From Acidobacteriota bacterium (GTDB taxonomy: Bacteria > Acidobacteriota > UBA4820 > DSQY01): a stretch of DNA of 64,000 nucleotides. The notes under the pieces are model-generated. The model was not told the origin of the DNA. It saw nothing but the letters and a program-made list of their open reading frames with translations, and did no database searches. Shown piece by piece: positions 1-9,284 of the stretch (the first letter of the stretch is position 1; each line of letters opens with the position of its first letter). A program made the translations under genes and the position numbers. The DNA lies in assembly GCA_049967655.1 (NCBI GenBank), contig JBMFSH010000014.1:1-64000 (forward strand), given 5' to 3'.

Positions 1-646
1 CGCCGATGATTTTGTCATCGCCTTCGAGAAGCAGGAAGACGCGGTGCGCGTAATGGAAGTATTACCCAAGCGGCTGGAGAAATACGGGCTGTTGCTCAAC
101 GAGGAAAAGACCCGGCTGATTCGGTTCGAGAGGCCGCCGAGGGAGCAGCGGAACGGGAAGGGACCGGGGACATTCGACTTTCTGGGGTTCACCTGGTACT
201 GGCGCCGAGCCCGGAAAGGGGGATGGACCCTCGCATGCAAGACGAGGCGTGCGCGCTTGAGGCGGGCCATCATGGCCGTCTACTCCTGGTGCCGGAGCCA
301 CCGGCACGAGAAGGTACCCGCGCAGCACGCCGCGCTCGTGAGGCGCATTCAAGGGCACATGAACTACTTCGGGGTCAGCGGCAATACGCGGGCACTCTCG
401 GTGCTGGCCCATCACGCACAGCGTGCCTGGTTCAAGTGGCTTCGCCGCCGGAGCAACAAGACGCGCCTCACATGGGAGAGGTTCAACGACTTGCTCGCAT
501 CCTACCCTCTCCCACGCCCCAGGGTCTACGTGAACCTATGGGGCACTGTTCCGTAAGCCGTGCCAACGGAGGAGCCGGATGGTGGAAATCTCCAAGTCCG
601 GATCTGGCGAGGGCCTCGGCGGGGCAACCCGCCGAGGCTACTCAAC
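1..646 (+). mobile_element. Group II intron, 3' portion (5' end outside window)
   Basis: RT/maturase ORF followed by domain V (GAGCCGGATGGTGGAAATCTCCAAGTCCGGATCTGG, from 572) and a domain VI hairpin CCTCGGCGGG-GCAA-CCCGCCGAGG ending CTACTCAAC at 646. Confidence 0.93.
2..556 (+). CDS. ltrA: Group II intron reverse transcriptase/maturase, C-terminal part; no endonuclease domain
   Basis: Frame opens with ADDFVI (end of the YADD motif); contains KTRLI, FDFLGF and the domain X segment IQGHMNYF. Confidence 0.93.
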   Translation, partial: ADDFVIAFEKQEDAVRVMEVLPKRLEKYGLLLNEEKTRLIRFERPPREQRNGKGPGTFDFLGFTWYWRRARKGGWTLACKTRRARLRRAIMAVYSWCRSHRHEKVPAQHAALVRRIQGHMNYFGVSGNTRALSVLAHHAQRAWFKWLRRRSNKTRLTWERFNDLLASYPLPRPRVYVNLWGTVP

Positions 647-737
647 AATGACACATTCTGCACGGGTATGCTCTCTCTTGTTGAGCAGTGCACATGGCTG
701 ATGGTGGAACGTGGCCTGGGAAGAAGGGGGGTAGGCG

Positions 738-1601
738 ATGGCGCGGCCGCTGAGGGTGGAATTTCCGGGTGCCGTGTACCACGTGACGGCGCGGGGGGAC
801 GGCCGGACGGCCATCTTCCGGGACGACGAGGACCGAGCGAGGTTTCTGGACATTCTCGGCCGGACGGTGGAGCTTCGCGGATGGATCTGCCACGCCTACT
901 GTCTCATGGGCAACCACTATCACCTGGTGATCGAGACGCCGGAGGCGAATCTCTCTCGCGGCATGCGGTCGGTGAACGGCGAATATACGCAAGCCTTCAA
1001 CCGGAGGCACGGGCGGCCCGGCCACCTCTTCCAGGGGCGCTTCAAGGCGGTGCTGGTGGAGAAGGAGGCGCACCTGCTGGAGCTCTGCCGGTACGTGGTG
1101 CTGAATCCGGTGCGGGCGCGGGCCATGCGGGTGACGGGGCCGGGTGAGTGGCGCTGGAGCAGCTACCGGGCCACGGCCGGGACAGAGGCGGCGCCTGCCT
1201 TTCTCACGGTGGGGTGGATCCTGTCGCGCTTCGGAGGGACGGGAAAAGAGGCGCGGCGGAGGTACGCGCGGTTCGTCGCGCAGGGCAAGGGTATGAAGGC
1301 CGCCCTGCCGGATGCGGCGGGAGGGTTCATCGTCGGCGGTGAGGCGTTTCTGCAATCGGTCCAGTCTCACCTGGAGCGGAAGCGGAAGGTCCGCGAGCAC
1401 CCTCGCCGAGAGCGGCACGCGGGGCGGCCGTCTCTCTCGGCGCTCTTGGGGCAGAAAGGGCTGAAGAGGGATAAGGCCGCCCGCGACGGGGCCATCCGAG
1501 AGGCCTACGTGCGGCACGGCTACACTTTGTCCGAGATCGGCGATTTCCTGGGCCTCCACTACTCCACCATCAGCCGGATCGCGCGGGCGGGTGAACCGTG
1601 A
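738..1601 (+). CDS. REP-associated tyrosine transposase (RAYT, IS200-like HUH) with C-terminal HTH
   Basis: MARPLR...YHVTARG, YCLMGNHYHL (HUH motif), GHLFQGRFK, YVVLNPVRA, WRWSSY; C-terminal YTLSEIGDFLGLHYSTISR. Confidence 0.9.
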   Translation: MARPLRVEFPGAVYHVTARGDGRTAIFRDDEDRARFLDILGRTVELRGWICHAYCLMGNHYHLVIETPEANLSRGMRSVNGEYTQAFNRRHGRPGHLFQGRFKAVLVEKEAHLLELCRYVVLNPVRARAMRVTGPGEWRWSSYRATAGTEAAPAFLTVGWILSRFGGTGKEARRRYARFVAQGKGMKAALPDAAGGFIVGGEAFLQSVQSHLERKRKVREHPRRERHAGRPSLSALLGQKGLKRDKAARDGAIREAYVRHGYTLSEIGDFLGLHYSTISRIARAGEP

Positions 1602-1607
1602 GGACAA

Positions 1608-1632
1608 AATATGGTATTTCAAGACCTGACCC
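1608..1632. repeat. Putative RAYT-associated end/REP motif AATATGGTATTTCAAGACCTGACCC
   Basis: Lies directly after the RAYT stop; the CAAGACCTGACCC motif is recalled as flanking this RAYT subgroup (not verified). Confidence 0.55.
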
Positions 1633-1650
1633 TATAAGGAGGGCCCAGGC

Positions 1651-2421
1651 ATGGCTGAGACGATCTACATGATTCACGGGATGTGGGGCGGAGCCTATCA
1701 GTGGGAGAACTACCGCTCCGTCTTCGAGGCCCGCGGCTACCGCTGCGTGGCGACGACCCTCCGGCACCACGGCGCGGACCCTTCCGCGCCTCCGCCGCCC
1801 GAGCTGGGCACCACCAGCCTGCTGGACTACGCGGAGGACCTGGAGAGGGAGGTGAGGGCCCTCGGCGAGCCGCCCGTCCTCATGGGCCACTCGATGGGGG
1901 GCCTCCTGGCCCAGATGCTGGCGGCGCGTGGGTTGGGACGCAGGCTCGTGTGCCTCACCCCCGCATCGCCCTACGGCATCATAGCCTTGAGGCTTTCGGT
2001 GATCCGCAGCTTCTGGAGCGGCATGACGCGCTTGGGCTTCTGGCGGAAGCCCTTCCGGCAGACCTACGGCGAGGCGGTGTACTCCATGATGCACCTCCTT
2101 CCTGAAGAGGAGCGCCGCCGCGCCTACGAGCGATTCGTCTACGAGTCGGGCCGCGCCACCTTCGAGATCGGCTTCTGGCCGCTGGACCTCCGCCGCGCTT
2201 CGAGGGTCCGGGCCGGGGAGGTCTCCGTTCCGGTGCTGGTGGTGGCCGGCGGCCAGGACCGCATCACGCCGGCCCCGGTGGTGAGGCGGGTGGCGCGCAG
2301 GTACGGCGCCAGGGCCGCCTTCAAGCTCTTCCCCGGCCACGCGCACTGGGTCCTCGCCGAGCCCGGCTGGGAGGAGGTCGCCGGCTTCGTCGCCGACTGG
2401 CTCCAGGAGAAGGCGCCGTAG
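1651..2421 (+). CDS. Alpha/beta hydrolase
   Basis: IHGMWGG, GHSMGG nucleophile elbow, D and H of the triad; SD AGGAGG. Confidence 0.9.
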   Translation: MAETIYMIHGMWGGAYQWENYRSVFEARGYRCVATTLRHHGADPSAPPPPELGTTSLLDYAEDLEREVRALGEPPVLMGHSMGGLLAQMLAARGLGRRLVCLTPASPYGIIALRLSVIRSFWSGMTRLGFWRKPFRQTYGEAVYSMMHLLPEEERRRAYERFVYESGRATFEIGFWPLDLRRASRVRAGEVSVPVLVVAGGQDRITPAPVVRRVARRYGARAAFKLFPGHAHWVLAEPGWEEVAGFVADWLQEKAP

Positions 2422-2506
2422 CCGGGCCGGTGCGGAGCGGCCTGCGCGGCGGGAGGAGGCCCGGTCTGAAAGGGTGCGCGGCACCGGGACGATGGAGATG
2501 AAAGCG

Positions 2507-3316
2507 ATGGCGAAATGGGGGTTCCGCGAGCGGGTGGTTCTCATCACCGGCGCATCGAGCGGTATCGGGAGGGAGCTGGCGCTCCAGCTGGCGGAGCGGG
2601 GAGCGTGGCTCGCGCTGGCGGCGCGCGACGCCGGGCGGCTGGAGGCGGTGGCCGCCGAGTGCATCGCGCTGGGAGGCAAAGCCGTTGCGGTGCCCGCGGA
2701 TGTGAGGGAGAAGGCTCAGTGCGAGGCGTTTGTGGCGCGGACCGTGGAGGCCTACGGTCGCCTCGACGCGCTGGTGAACAACGCGGGCATCACCATGTGG
2801 GCGAAGTTCGACGAGCTGAGCGACCCCTCCCTGCTCGAGCCCATCATGCGGGTCAACTTCTTCGGAAGCGTCTACTGCACCTACTACGCCCTGCCCCACC
2901 TGAAGCGGACGCGAGGGCTGATCGTCGGTATTTCAAGCCTCACGGGCAAGACGGGCGTGCCCACGCGCAGCGGCTACGCCGCGAGCAAGCACGCCATGGC
3001 CGGCTTCTTCGACTCCCTGCGGATCGAGCTGGCCCCTTCGGGCGTGGGCGTCACCATGATCTATCCCGGCTTCGTGACGACGGAGGTGCGCGAGCGCGCC
3101 CTCGGGCCCGACGGCCGGCCGCTGGGCGCGAGCCCCGTGCAGGAGGAGAAGGTCATGTCCGTGGAGCGGTGCGCGCGGATCATCCTCAAGGCCATGGAGC
3201 GGCGTCGGAGGGAAGTCGTCATGACGGCGCGGGGCAAGGCGGGGATGTGGGTCAAGCTGGTGGCGCCGGGCCTCGTGGACCGCATGGCCCTGCGGGCCAT
3301 CCAGAGGGGCCGGTGA
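2507..3316 (+). CDS. Short-chain dehydrogenase/reductase
   Basis: TGASSGIG, NNAG, YAASK; start could also be 2492. Confidence 0.92.
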   Translation: MAKWGFRERVVLITGASSGIGRELALQLAERGAWLALAARDAGRLEAVAAECIALGGKAVAVPADVREKAQCEAFVARTVEAYGRLDALVNNAGITMWAKFDELSDPSLLEPIMRVNFFGSVYCTYYALPHLKRTRGLIVGISSLTGKTGVPTRSGYAASKHAMAGFFDSLRIELAPSGVGVTMIYPGFVTTEVRERALGPDGRPLGASPVQEEKVMSVERCARIILKAMERRRREVVMTARGKAGMWVKLVAPGLVDRMALRAIQRGR

Positions 3317-3467
3317 GCGGTCCCTGAGCGGCCATGGCCCAGAACGGCCATGCGGGGCTTCCCCCCGCTCGGTGCGGGCGGAGTTGGTTCTCCCGCTGTA
3401 TAGTGGTCGGGTTGGGAGGTAGGCAGGGGGCAGGCTGCTGAGGGGAGAGACCCGGAGGTGGAGGCTC

Positions 3468-3833
3468 ATGGACGCGCTTTCGGTGATCCTCGCTTTGGTC
3501 CTGGTTGTGGGCCTGGGGCTGACGCTCTACACGGCGGGGACGCCGTACAGCCGGACGCAGAAGGCGCTCCTCTACGGCGGAGGGGCCCTCTTCTTCCTCG
3601 TGGCCCTCTGGCACATGGGCGTGCGCCTCACCTGGGCTGTCCTCCAGCCGTTCATCGCCCCGGCCCTCGCCCAGCAGGCCCGGGCCGCGGTCCTGCGCCT
3701 TCAGGTCAAACCCGCCCTGGAGCTGGGAGCGGCCCTCGTCTACGGCGGCTACTGGTTTGCCCTCCACGGACGCAGGGCGTGGATCAAGGCGCGCCGGAGA
3801 GGAGTGGATTCGGGCGGAGGAGGGGCGAGGTGA
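3468..3833 (+). CDS. Hypothetical membrane protein
   Basis: About three hydrophobic segments, SD GGAGG. Confidence 0.65.
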   Translation: MDALSVILALVLVVGLGLTLYTAGTPYSRTQKALLYGGGALFFLVALWHMGVRLTWAVLQPFIAPALAQQARAAVLRLQVKPALELGAALVYGGYWFALHGRRAWIKARRRGVDSGGGGAR

Positions 3834-3947
3834 GCCGGTCCTCCGAACGCCGGCGGAGGGTCCTCCGCCCGCCCGCCGTTGGCTCCCCGCTGGCTTAGGC
3901 CCTATCTTTGGGACGGAACACCGGCTGTGGTGGGGAAGGAGGACGCG

Positions 3948-4580
3948 ATGAAGATCGGAATCCTCGGCGCGGGCCGCGTCGGCGCCATCCTTGGGAGGCG
4001 GTGGGCCGAGCAGGGGCACGCCGTCATTCTGGGGGTGCGGGACCCGACGTCGGAGCAGGCGCAAACGTTGCTGGTCTCGGTGGGCCACGGGGTGCGGACG
4101 GGAACCCTGGAGCAGGCCGCGGGAGCATCGGAGATCGTGGTCCTCGCGGTGCCGTGGAGCTCGGCCCACGACGCCATCCGCTCCGCGGGGAGCTTGGCCG
4201 GCAAGATCCTCATCGACTGCACCAATCCCATCGCCGAAGACCTGCGCGGTCTCGCCCTCGGCCACGTCACCTCGGCCGGGGAGCAGGTGGCGGCCTGGGC
4301 GGAGGGGGCCCGCGTGGTGAAAGCCTTCAACACGACGGGCAGCAAGACCATGGCCGATCCCCTCTTCGGCGGCCGGCGAGCCGCCCTCTTCCTCTGCGGC
4401 AACGACGCCGCGGCCAAGCGCGTGGTGACGGCCCTGGGCCAGGAGCTCGGCTTCGACCCGTGCGACACGGGCCCCCTCTACCACGCCCGCTACCTCGAAC
4501 CCATGGCCATGCTCTGGGTGGACATGGCCTACATCCAGGGCCGCGGATCGGACTTCGCGCTGGCGGTCCTTCAGCGCTAG
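3948..4580 (+). CDS. NADPH-dependent F420 reductase-like dinucleotide-binding oxidoreductase
   Basis: KIGILGAGRVG, LAVPW, IDCTNP, VVKAFNT. Confidence 0.88.
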   Translation: MKIGILGAGRVGAILGRRWAEQGHAVILGVRDPTSEQAQTLLVSVGHGVRTGTLEQAAGASEIVVLAVPWSSAHDAIRSAGSLAGKILIDCTNPIAEDLRGLALGHVTSAGEQVAAWAEGARVVKAFNTTGSKTMADPLFGGRRAALFLCGNDAAAKRVVTALGQELGFDPCDTGPLYHARYLEPMAMLWVDMAYIQGRGSDFALAVLQR

Positions 4581-4663
4581 AGGGGAGCAACGCCCATGCA
4601 TCCTTACGTGGCCAACCTCGCCGAAGCTCTCTCCCCTGCGGTGGCTTGCCCGGAGCGCCCGTG

Positions 4664-5128
4664 ATGGGCGCGCGGGTCGTGGGCGGGCTCCTCCTCTTTC
4701 TCCTGCTCGTGGCGGGGGCCGCCCTCTTCGGTGTGCGCTTCCAGCCGGGGAGCTGGTACGCGGGGCTCGTGAAGCCCGCCTGGACGCCGCCGAATGCGCT
4801 CTTCGGGCCGGTCTGGAGCGTGCTCTACCTCGGCATCGCCGTGGCCGGGTGGCTGGTCTGGCGGAGGAGCGGGTGGCGCGGTCCAGCCCTCGCCTTTTGG
4901 ACCTTCCAGCTCGTTCTGAACGCCCTCTGGTCGTGGCTCTTCTTCGGCCTCCACCGGCCCCTCTGGGCGCTCTGCGACATCGCCCTTCTGTGGGCGGCTG
5001 CCCTGGCCTTCGCCATTCTCTCCTGGGGGGTCAGCCGTCCCGCCGCCGTCCTCTTCATCCCGTACCTGATCTGGGTGGCCTACGCCGCGGCCCTCAACGC
5101 CGCTCTATGGAGGCTCAACCGAGGCTGA
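4664..5128 (+). CDS. tspO: TspO/MBR family tryptophan-rich sensory protein
   Basis: WYAGLVKPAWTPPNALFGPVW, LNALWSWLFFG, PYLIWVAYAAALN. Confidence 0.92.
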   Translation: MGARVVGGLLLFLLLVAGAALFGVRFQPGSWYAGLVKPAWTPPNALFGPVWSVLYLGIAVAGWLVWRRSGWRGPALAFWTFQLVLNALWSWLFFGLHRPLWALCDIALLWAAALAFAILSWGVSRPAAVLFIPYLIWVAYAAALNAALWRLNRG

Positions 5129-5226
5129 TCGCGGCCGTTCTCAGCGGGCCGAGGTGGCCCCCGGGACGCAAAAGCGACCCATTCCTAGGAGGGAGCCATG
5201 CCTAGATCCTTCCTGAAGGAGAGACA

Positions 5227-6669
5227 ATGGAGGAGCGCAAGAGCTACCACATGACCCCCGAGGAGTTCCGGCGGCACGGGCGGGCCGTCGTGGACTGGGT
5301 GGCGGACTACATGGAGCGCGTGGAGTCGCTGCCGGTCCTCTCGCGCGTCCGGCCGGGCGAGGTGCGCTCTCTGCTGCCGCCTGATCCGCCGGGGCACGGC
5401 GAACCCTTCGAGGCGGTCCTCGCCGACGTGGAGCGCGTCATCCTGCCCGGCATCACCCACTGGCAGTCGCCGAACTTCTTCGCCTTCTTCCCGGCCAACG
5501 CCTCGGGGCCCTCCATCCTGGGCGAGCTGCTCTCGGCCGGTCTGGGCGTGCAGGGGATGCTCTGGGCCACGAGCCCAGCCTGCACCGAGCTGGAGACCCA
5601 CGTTCTGGACTGGATGGCCCAGATGACCGACCTCCCCGCCGCGTTCCGCTCCACAGGGTCGGGCGGCGGCGTCATCCAGGACTCGGCCTCCGGGGCCGCC
5701 CTCTGCGCCGTCGTGGCGGCGCGCGAGCGGGCCACCGGCTCCTCCTCCAACGAGCGAGGCTGCGACGGGCGCCTCACGGCCTACGCCTCGACGCAGGCCC
5801 ACTCCTCCATCGAGAAGGCCGTGAAGCTGGCGGGGCTGGGCCGGGCCAACCTCCGCCTCGTGGAGGTGGACGAACATTTCGCCATGCGGCCCGAGGCTCT
5901 GGAGGCGGCCATCGCCCAGGACGCGGCGGCTGGTCTGACCCCCTGCTTCGCGGCGGCCACCGTGGGCACCACCTCCTCCAACGGCATGGACCCCCTGCCG
6001 GCCATCGGCGAAATCTGCAAGCGGCATGGTCTCTGGCTCCACGTGGACGGTGCCATGGCGGGTACCGCGGCCCTCTGCCCCGAGTTCCGACCCCTCTTCC
6101 GGGGGCTGGAACTGGCGGACAGCTACTGCTTCAACCCGCACAAGTGGATGTTCACCAACTTCGACTGCGACTGCTTCTACGTGGCCGACCGGCGGGCGCT
6201 CATCACGGCCCTCTCCATCCTCCCCGAGTACCTGCGCAACGCGGCCACGGAGTCGGGGGCCGTCATCGACTACCGCGACTGGCAGGTCTCCCTGGGGCGC
6301 CGCTTTCGGGCGCTCAAGCTCTGGTTTGTCATCCGCCACTACGGCGTGGAGGGGCTGCGCTTCCATGTACGGCGGCACGTGGACCTCGCGCAGGAGTTCG
6401 CGGGTTGGGTGCGCGAGGATCGGCGCTTCGAGCTGGCCGTGGAGCCTCCGCTCAACCTGGTCTGCTTCCGCCACCGAGGGGGCGACGCCCTCAACCAGGC
6501 GCTGCTCGACGAGGTGAACGGCAGCGGCGCGCTCTACCTCACCCACACGAAGCTGGAGGGGAAGCTCACGCTCCGCATGAGCATCGGACAGACCCACACG
6601 GAGCGACGCCACGTGGAGGCGGCCTGGGCGAAGATAGGAGAGGCCGCCGAAAAGGTGGCCAGGAGTTAA
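5227..6669 (+). CDS. PLP-dependent aromatic L-amino acid decarboxylase family protein
   Basis: THWQSPNFFAFFP, SPACTELE, HVDGA, FNPHKW (PLP lysine), GRRFRALKLW. Confidence 0.92.
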   Translation: MEERKSYHMTPEEFRRHGRAVVDWVADYMERVESLPVLSRVRPGEVRSLLPPDPPGHGEPFEAVLADVERVILPGITHWQSPNFFAFFPANASGPSILGELLSAGLGVQGMLWATSPACTELETHVLDWMAQMTDLPAAFRSTGSGGGVIQDSASGAALCAVVAARERATGSSSNERGCDGRLTAYASTQAHSSIEKAVKLAGLGRANLRLVEVDEHFAMRPEALEAAIAQDAAAGLTPCFAAATVGTTSSNGMDPLPAIGEICKRHGLWLHVDGAMAGTAALCPEFRPLFRGLELADSYCFNPHKWMFTNFDCDCFYVADRRALITALSILPEYLRNAATESGAVIDYRDWQVSLGRRFRALKLWFVIRHYGVEGLRFHVRRHVDLAQEFAGWVREDRRFELAVEPPLNLVCFRHRGGDALNQALLDEVNGSGALYLTHTKLEGKLTLRMSIGQTHTERRHVEAAWAKIGEAAEKVARS

Positions 6670-6736
6670 TCGCTGGAACCAAGGTGCACAGGAGGTGTGG
6701 CCGACCTCCTTGACTCGGTGCTGGAGGAGGTAGCGG

Positions 6737-7045
6737 GTGGAGCCGGAGGAGCCCATTCCGATCCCCATCGACGGAACCCTGGACCTGCACACCTTCCGTC
6801 CGCAGGACGTGAAGGAGCTGGTATCGGAGTATCTGCTGGAATGCAGGAGCCGGGGCATTCTCAGGGTGCGGATCGTCCACGGCAAGGGGCAGGGCGTGCT
6901 CCTCCGCACGGTCCACGCGCTGCTCAGCAGGCTGAAGGAGGTCGACTCCTTCGCCCTCGCCGACGAAGCGGAGGGCGGGTGGGGAGCCACCATCGTGTGG
7001 CTGGTCCCCATCCGGGAAAGCCGGACGGAAACGGTGGAGAGTTGA
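6737..7045 (+). CDS. Standalone Smr/MutS2 C-terminal domain protein
   Basis: LDLH...IVHGKGQGVL...GGWGATIV. Confidence 0.88.
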   Translation: MEPEEPIPIPIDGTLDLHTFRPQDVKELVSEYLLECRSRGILRVRIVHGKGQGVLLRTVHALLSRLKEVDSFALADEAEGGWGATIVWLVPIRESRTETVES

Positions 7046-7154
7046 GGGTGGAGGGTGGAACGCCGGTCCAACCCTCGCGCCGCGTGGTTTTTGTCCCTTC
7101 CCTCCGGCCGAAGGAGGCCGGCAAGAGGACCGGCACGAACAGGAGGCGGACCCC

Positions 7155-7601
7155 ATGAACCCCATGATGCCCGGAGAAGAACACTGGCGCAAGCTGGAGC
7201 GGATGTACGATTCCTCGCCTCTCAATGCCTTCATTCGCCCCAAGCTCACGGTGGGGGAGGGGACGGCCGAGGTGGTGATCCCCGTGCGCCCCGAGCTTTT
7301 TCACGCCGCCGGGGCCCTCCACGGCTCGATCTACTTCAAGGCGCTGGACGACTCCGCCTTCTTTGCCGTGAACTCGCTGGTGGAGGAGGTCTTCGTGCTC
7401 ACGGCCTCCTTCACGGTCTACCTGCTCAGGCCCGTCTCCGAGGGGGAGCTGCGCGCCCGGGGACGGGTGGTCCACCGGTCGAGCCGGCTCTACGTGGCCG
7501 AATCTGAGGTCGCCGACTCCGCCGGCCGCCTCGTGGCGCGCGGCAGCGGAACCTTCATGCGCAGCCGGATGGCGCTCACCTCCGACATCGGTTATGCCTG
7601 A
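7155..7601 (+). CDS. PaaI family thioesterase
   Basis: HAAGALHGSIYFKALDD hot-dog motif. Confidence 0.88.
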   Translation: MNPMMPGEEHWRKLERMYDSSPLNAFIRPKLTVGEGTAEVVIPVRPELFHAAGALHGSIYFKALDDSAFFAVNSLVEEVFVLTASFTVYLLRPVSEGELRARGRVVHRSSRLYVAESEVADSAGRLVARGSGTFMRSRMALTSDIGYA

Positions 7602-7671
7602 GGGCTGGAAGAAAGGGCGCTCTCCAGGGTTATAGTACTCCTTCGGCGGATTCGACAGAGGAGATTGAGCC

Positions 7672-7932
7672 ATGAAGACCCCCGTGACCGTCTACACCAT
7701 GACCACCTGCCCCTACTGCGTGGCCGCCAAAAAACTGCTCAAGAAAAAGGGCGTGGAGTTCGAGGAGGTGAACCTGGACGAACAGCCCGACCGGTGGAAC
7801 GAGTGCGAGAGCCGCTCGGGCCGCCAGACGGTTCCGCAGATCTTCTTCGGAGACCGCCACATCGGGGGTTGCGACGATCTCGAGGCGCTCCAACGCAGCG
7901 GCGAACTCGACAAACTCATCGCGGCGCTTTAA
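7672..7932 (+). CDS. grxC: Glutaredoxin 3
   Basis: CPYC, TVPQIF, IGGCDDL. Confidence 0.92.
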   Translation: MKTPVTVYTMTTCPYCVAAKKLLKKKGVEFEEVNLDEQPDRWNECESRSGRQTVPQIFFGDRHIGGCDDLEALQRSGELDKLIAAL

Positions 7933-7974
7933 TCTGTCTGCGCTGATCCAGAGCGTACCAGGGAGGGGAGAGAC

Positions 7975-8373
7975 ATGGCGGGATACACCAAGACGCACGC
8001 GCAGAAGGGGTTGGATGCCAAACTGCCGGCCATCGAGACGTGGCCCAACCAGTTCCCCTCCTACGAGATCACCATCGAGGCCCCCGAATTCACCTCCGTC
8101 TGCCCGAAGACGGGCCTGCCGGACTTCGGCCTCCTGGTTCTGCGGTACGTCCCGGACAAGGCCTGCATCGAGCTCAAATCGTACAAGGAATACCTGCTCG
8201 CCTACCGGGAGCTGGGGATCTTCTACGAGAACGTGGTGAACCGCGTTCTTCGGGATGTGGTGACCGCCTGCAAGCCGGTGAAGGCCAGTCTGACGGGCGT
8301 CTTCAACGCGAGGGGGGGGATGAACGCCACGGTGGTGGCGGCTTTTACGAGGGAGGACGGCTTCGGGTCATGA
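7975..8373 (+). CDS. queF: preQ1 synthase (7-cyano-7-deazaguanine reductase, short type)
   Basis: EFTSVCPKTGLPDFG, ELKS, ARGG. Confidence 0.93.
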   Translation: MAGYTKTHAQKGLDAKLPAIETWPNQFPSYEITIEAPEFTSVCPKTGLPDFGLLVLRYVPDKACIELKSYKEYLLAYRELGIFYENVVNRVLRDVVTACKPVKASLTGVFNARGGMNATVVAAFTREDGFGS

Positions 8374-8852
8374 GCGGCATGGTGACGCTGTGCCTGGACA
8401 GCCCCATGGGGCCGCTGGACGTGACCCTCTCGACGGAGGCGGTGCACCGCATCGACTTCAAGGGGCTGGCGCCGGAAGGTCCCGTTCCCAAGCCCGTGGA
8501 GCCGCTCTTCCGGTGCGTGGAGGCCCAGCTGAAGGAGTACTTCTCCGGTCGGCGCAGCCAGTTTGACCTCCCCCTGGAGCCGCTCCCGGAGGGCACCGAC
8601 TTCCAGCGGAACGTGTGGGCCGCCCTCGCGGAGATTCCCTACGGCGAGGTCATCTCCTACGCCGACCTCGCCTCTTGGGCCGGTAGGCCCAAGGCCGCCC
8701 GGGCCGCGGGCGCGGCCTGCGGGGCCAACCGGATCCCCATCCTGATCCCCTGCCACCGAGTCGTGGCCAAGACCGGCCTGGGGGGATATGGCGGCGGGCT
8801 CAAGGCCAAGCGCGCCCTCCTGCGGCTCGAACGGGGAAGGCCCCAGGCCTGA
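8370..8852 (+). CDS. ogt: Methylated-DNA--protein-cysteine methyltransferase
   Basis: GTDFQRNVW, IPYG, IPCHRVV; ATGA overlap with queF. Confidence 0.92.
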   Translation: MSGMVTLCLDSPMGPLDVTLSTEAVHRIDFKGLAPEGPVPKPVEPLFRCVEAQLKEYFSGRRSQFDLPLEPLPEGTDFQRNVWAALAEIPYGEVISYADLASWAGRPKAARAAGAACGANRIPILIPCHRVVAKTGLGGYGGGLKAKRALLRLERGRPQA

Positions 8853-8909
8853 AGCCCCGCCCCTTTCTCGCTTGTCGCTCCTCCCACCGACTGCTATTCT
8901 TAGCCCCTG

Positions 8910-9284
8910 ATGAGCGAACCCGCGCGGCTTCCGCACGCCTTTCCCTTCCGCTTCATCCCCCGCGACGGCGGGGGGGGAGTCCTCCAGTTCGCCTCCTCGG
9001 CGGACGACGCCGTGAGCCGGGGCGGCCCCGTGCCGTCCTGGGTGGTCCTCGAAGCCATGACGCAGGCCGGGGGGCTCCTCGCGGCCTCCGGCCAGGGGAG
9101 CGGGGGTGTGCTGGTCCAGGTGGCCCGGTTCCGGAGCCCCCGGCCGATCTGGCCGGGCGACAGCCTGGAGCTGGCCGGCAGCCTGGTCAAGCGCATGGGC
9201 TCCCTCTTTCAGGTCCGCGTCACGGCTCGCCTGGGCGGGCGGCTGGCGGCGCGGGGGCTCTTTACGCTCCGGGAAACGCCATGA
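8910..9284 (+). CDS. FabZ-like hot-dog dehydratase, divergent
   Basis: LPHAFPFRFI, VLEAMTQAGG, RFRSPRPIWPGD. Confidence 0.7.
   Translation: MSEPARLPHAFPFRFIPRDGGGGVLQFASSADDAVSRGGPVPSWVVLEAMTQAGGLLAASGQGSGGVLVQVARFRSPRPIWPGDSLELAGSLVKRMGSLFQVRVTARLGGRLAARGLFTLRETP

Noticed and set aside
5198..5254. Short upstream ORF with SD before the decarboxylase
   Set aside because: Too short and featureless to support as a leader peptide.
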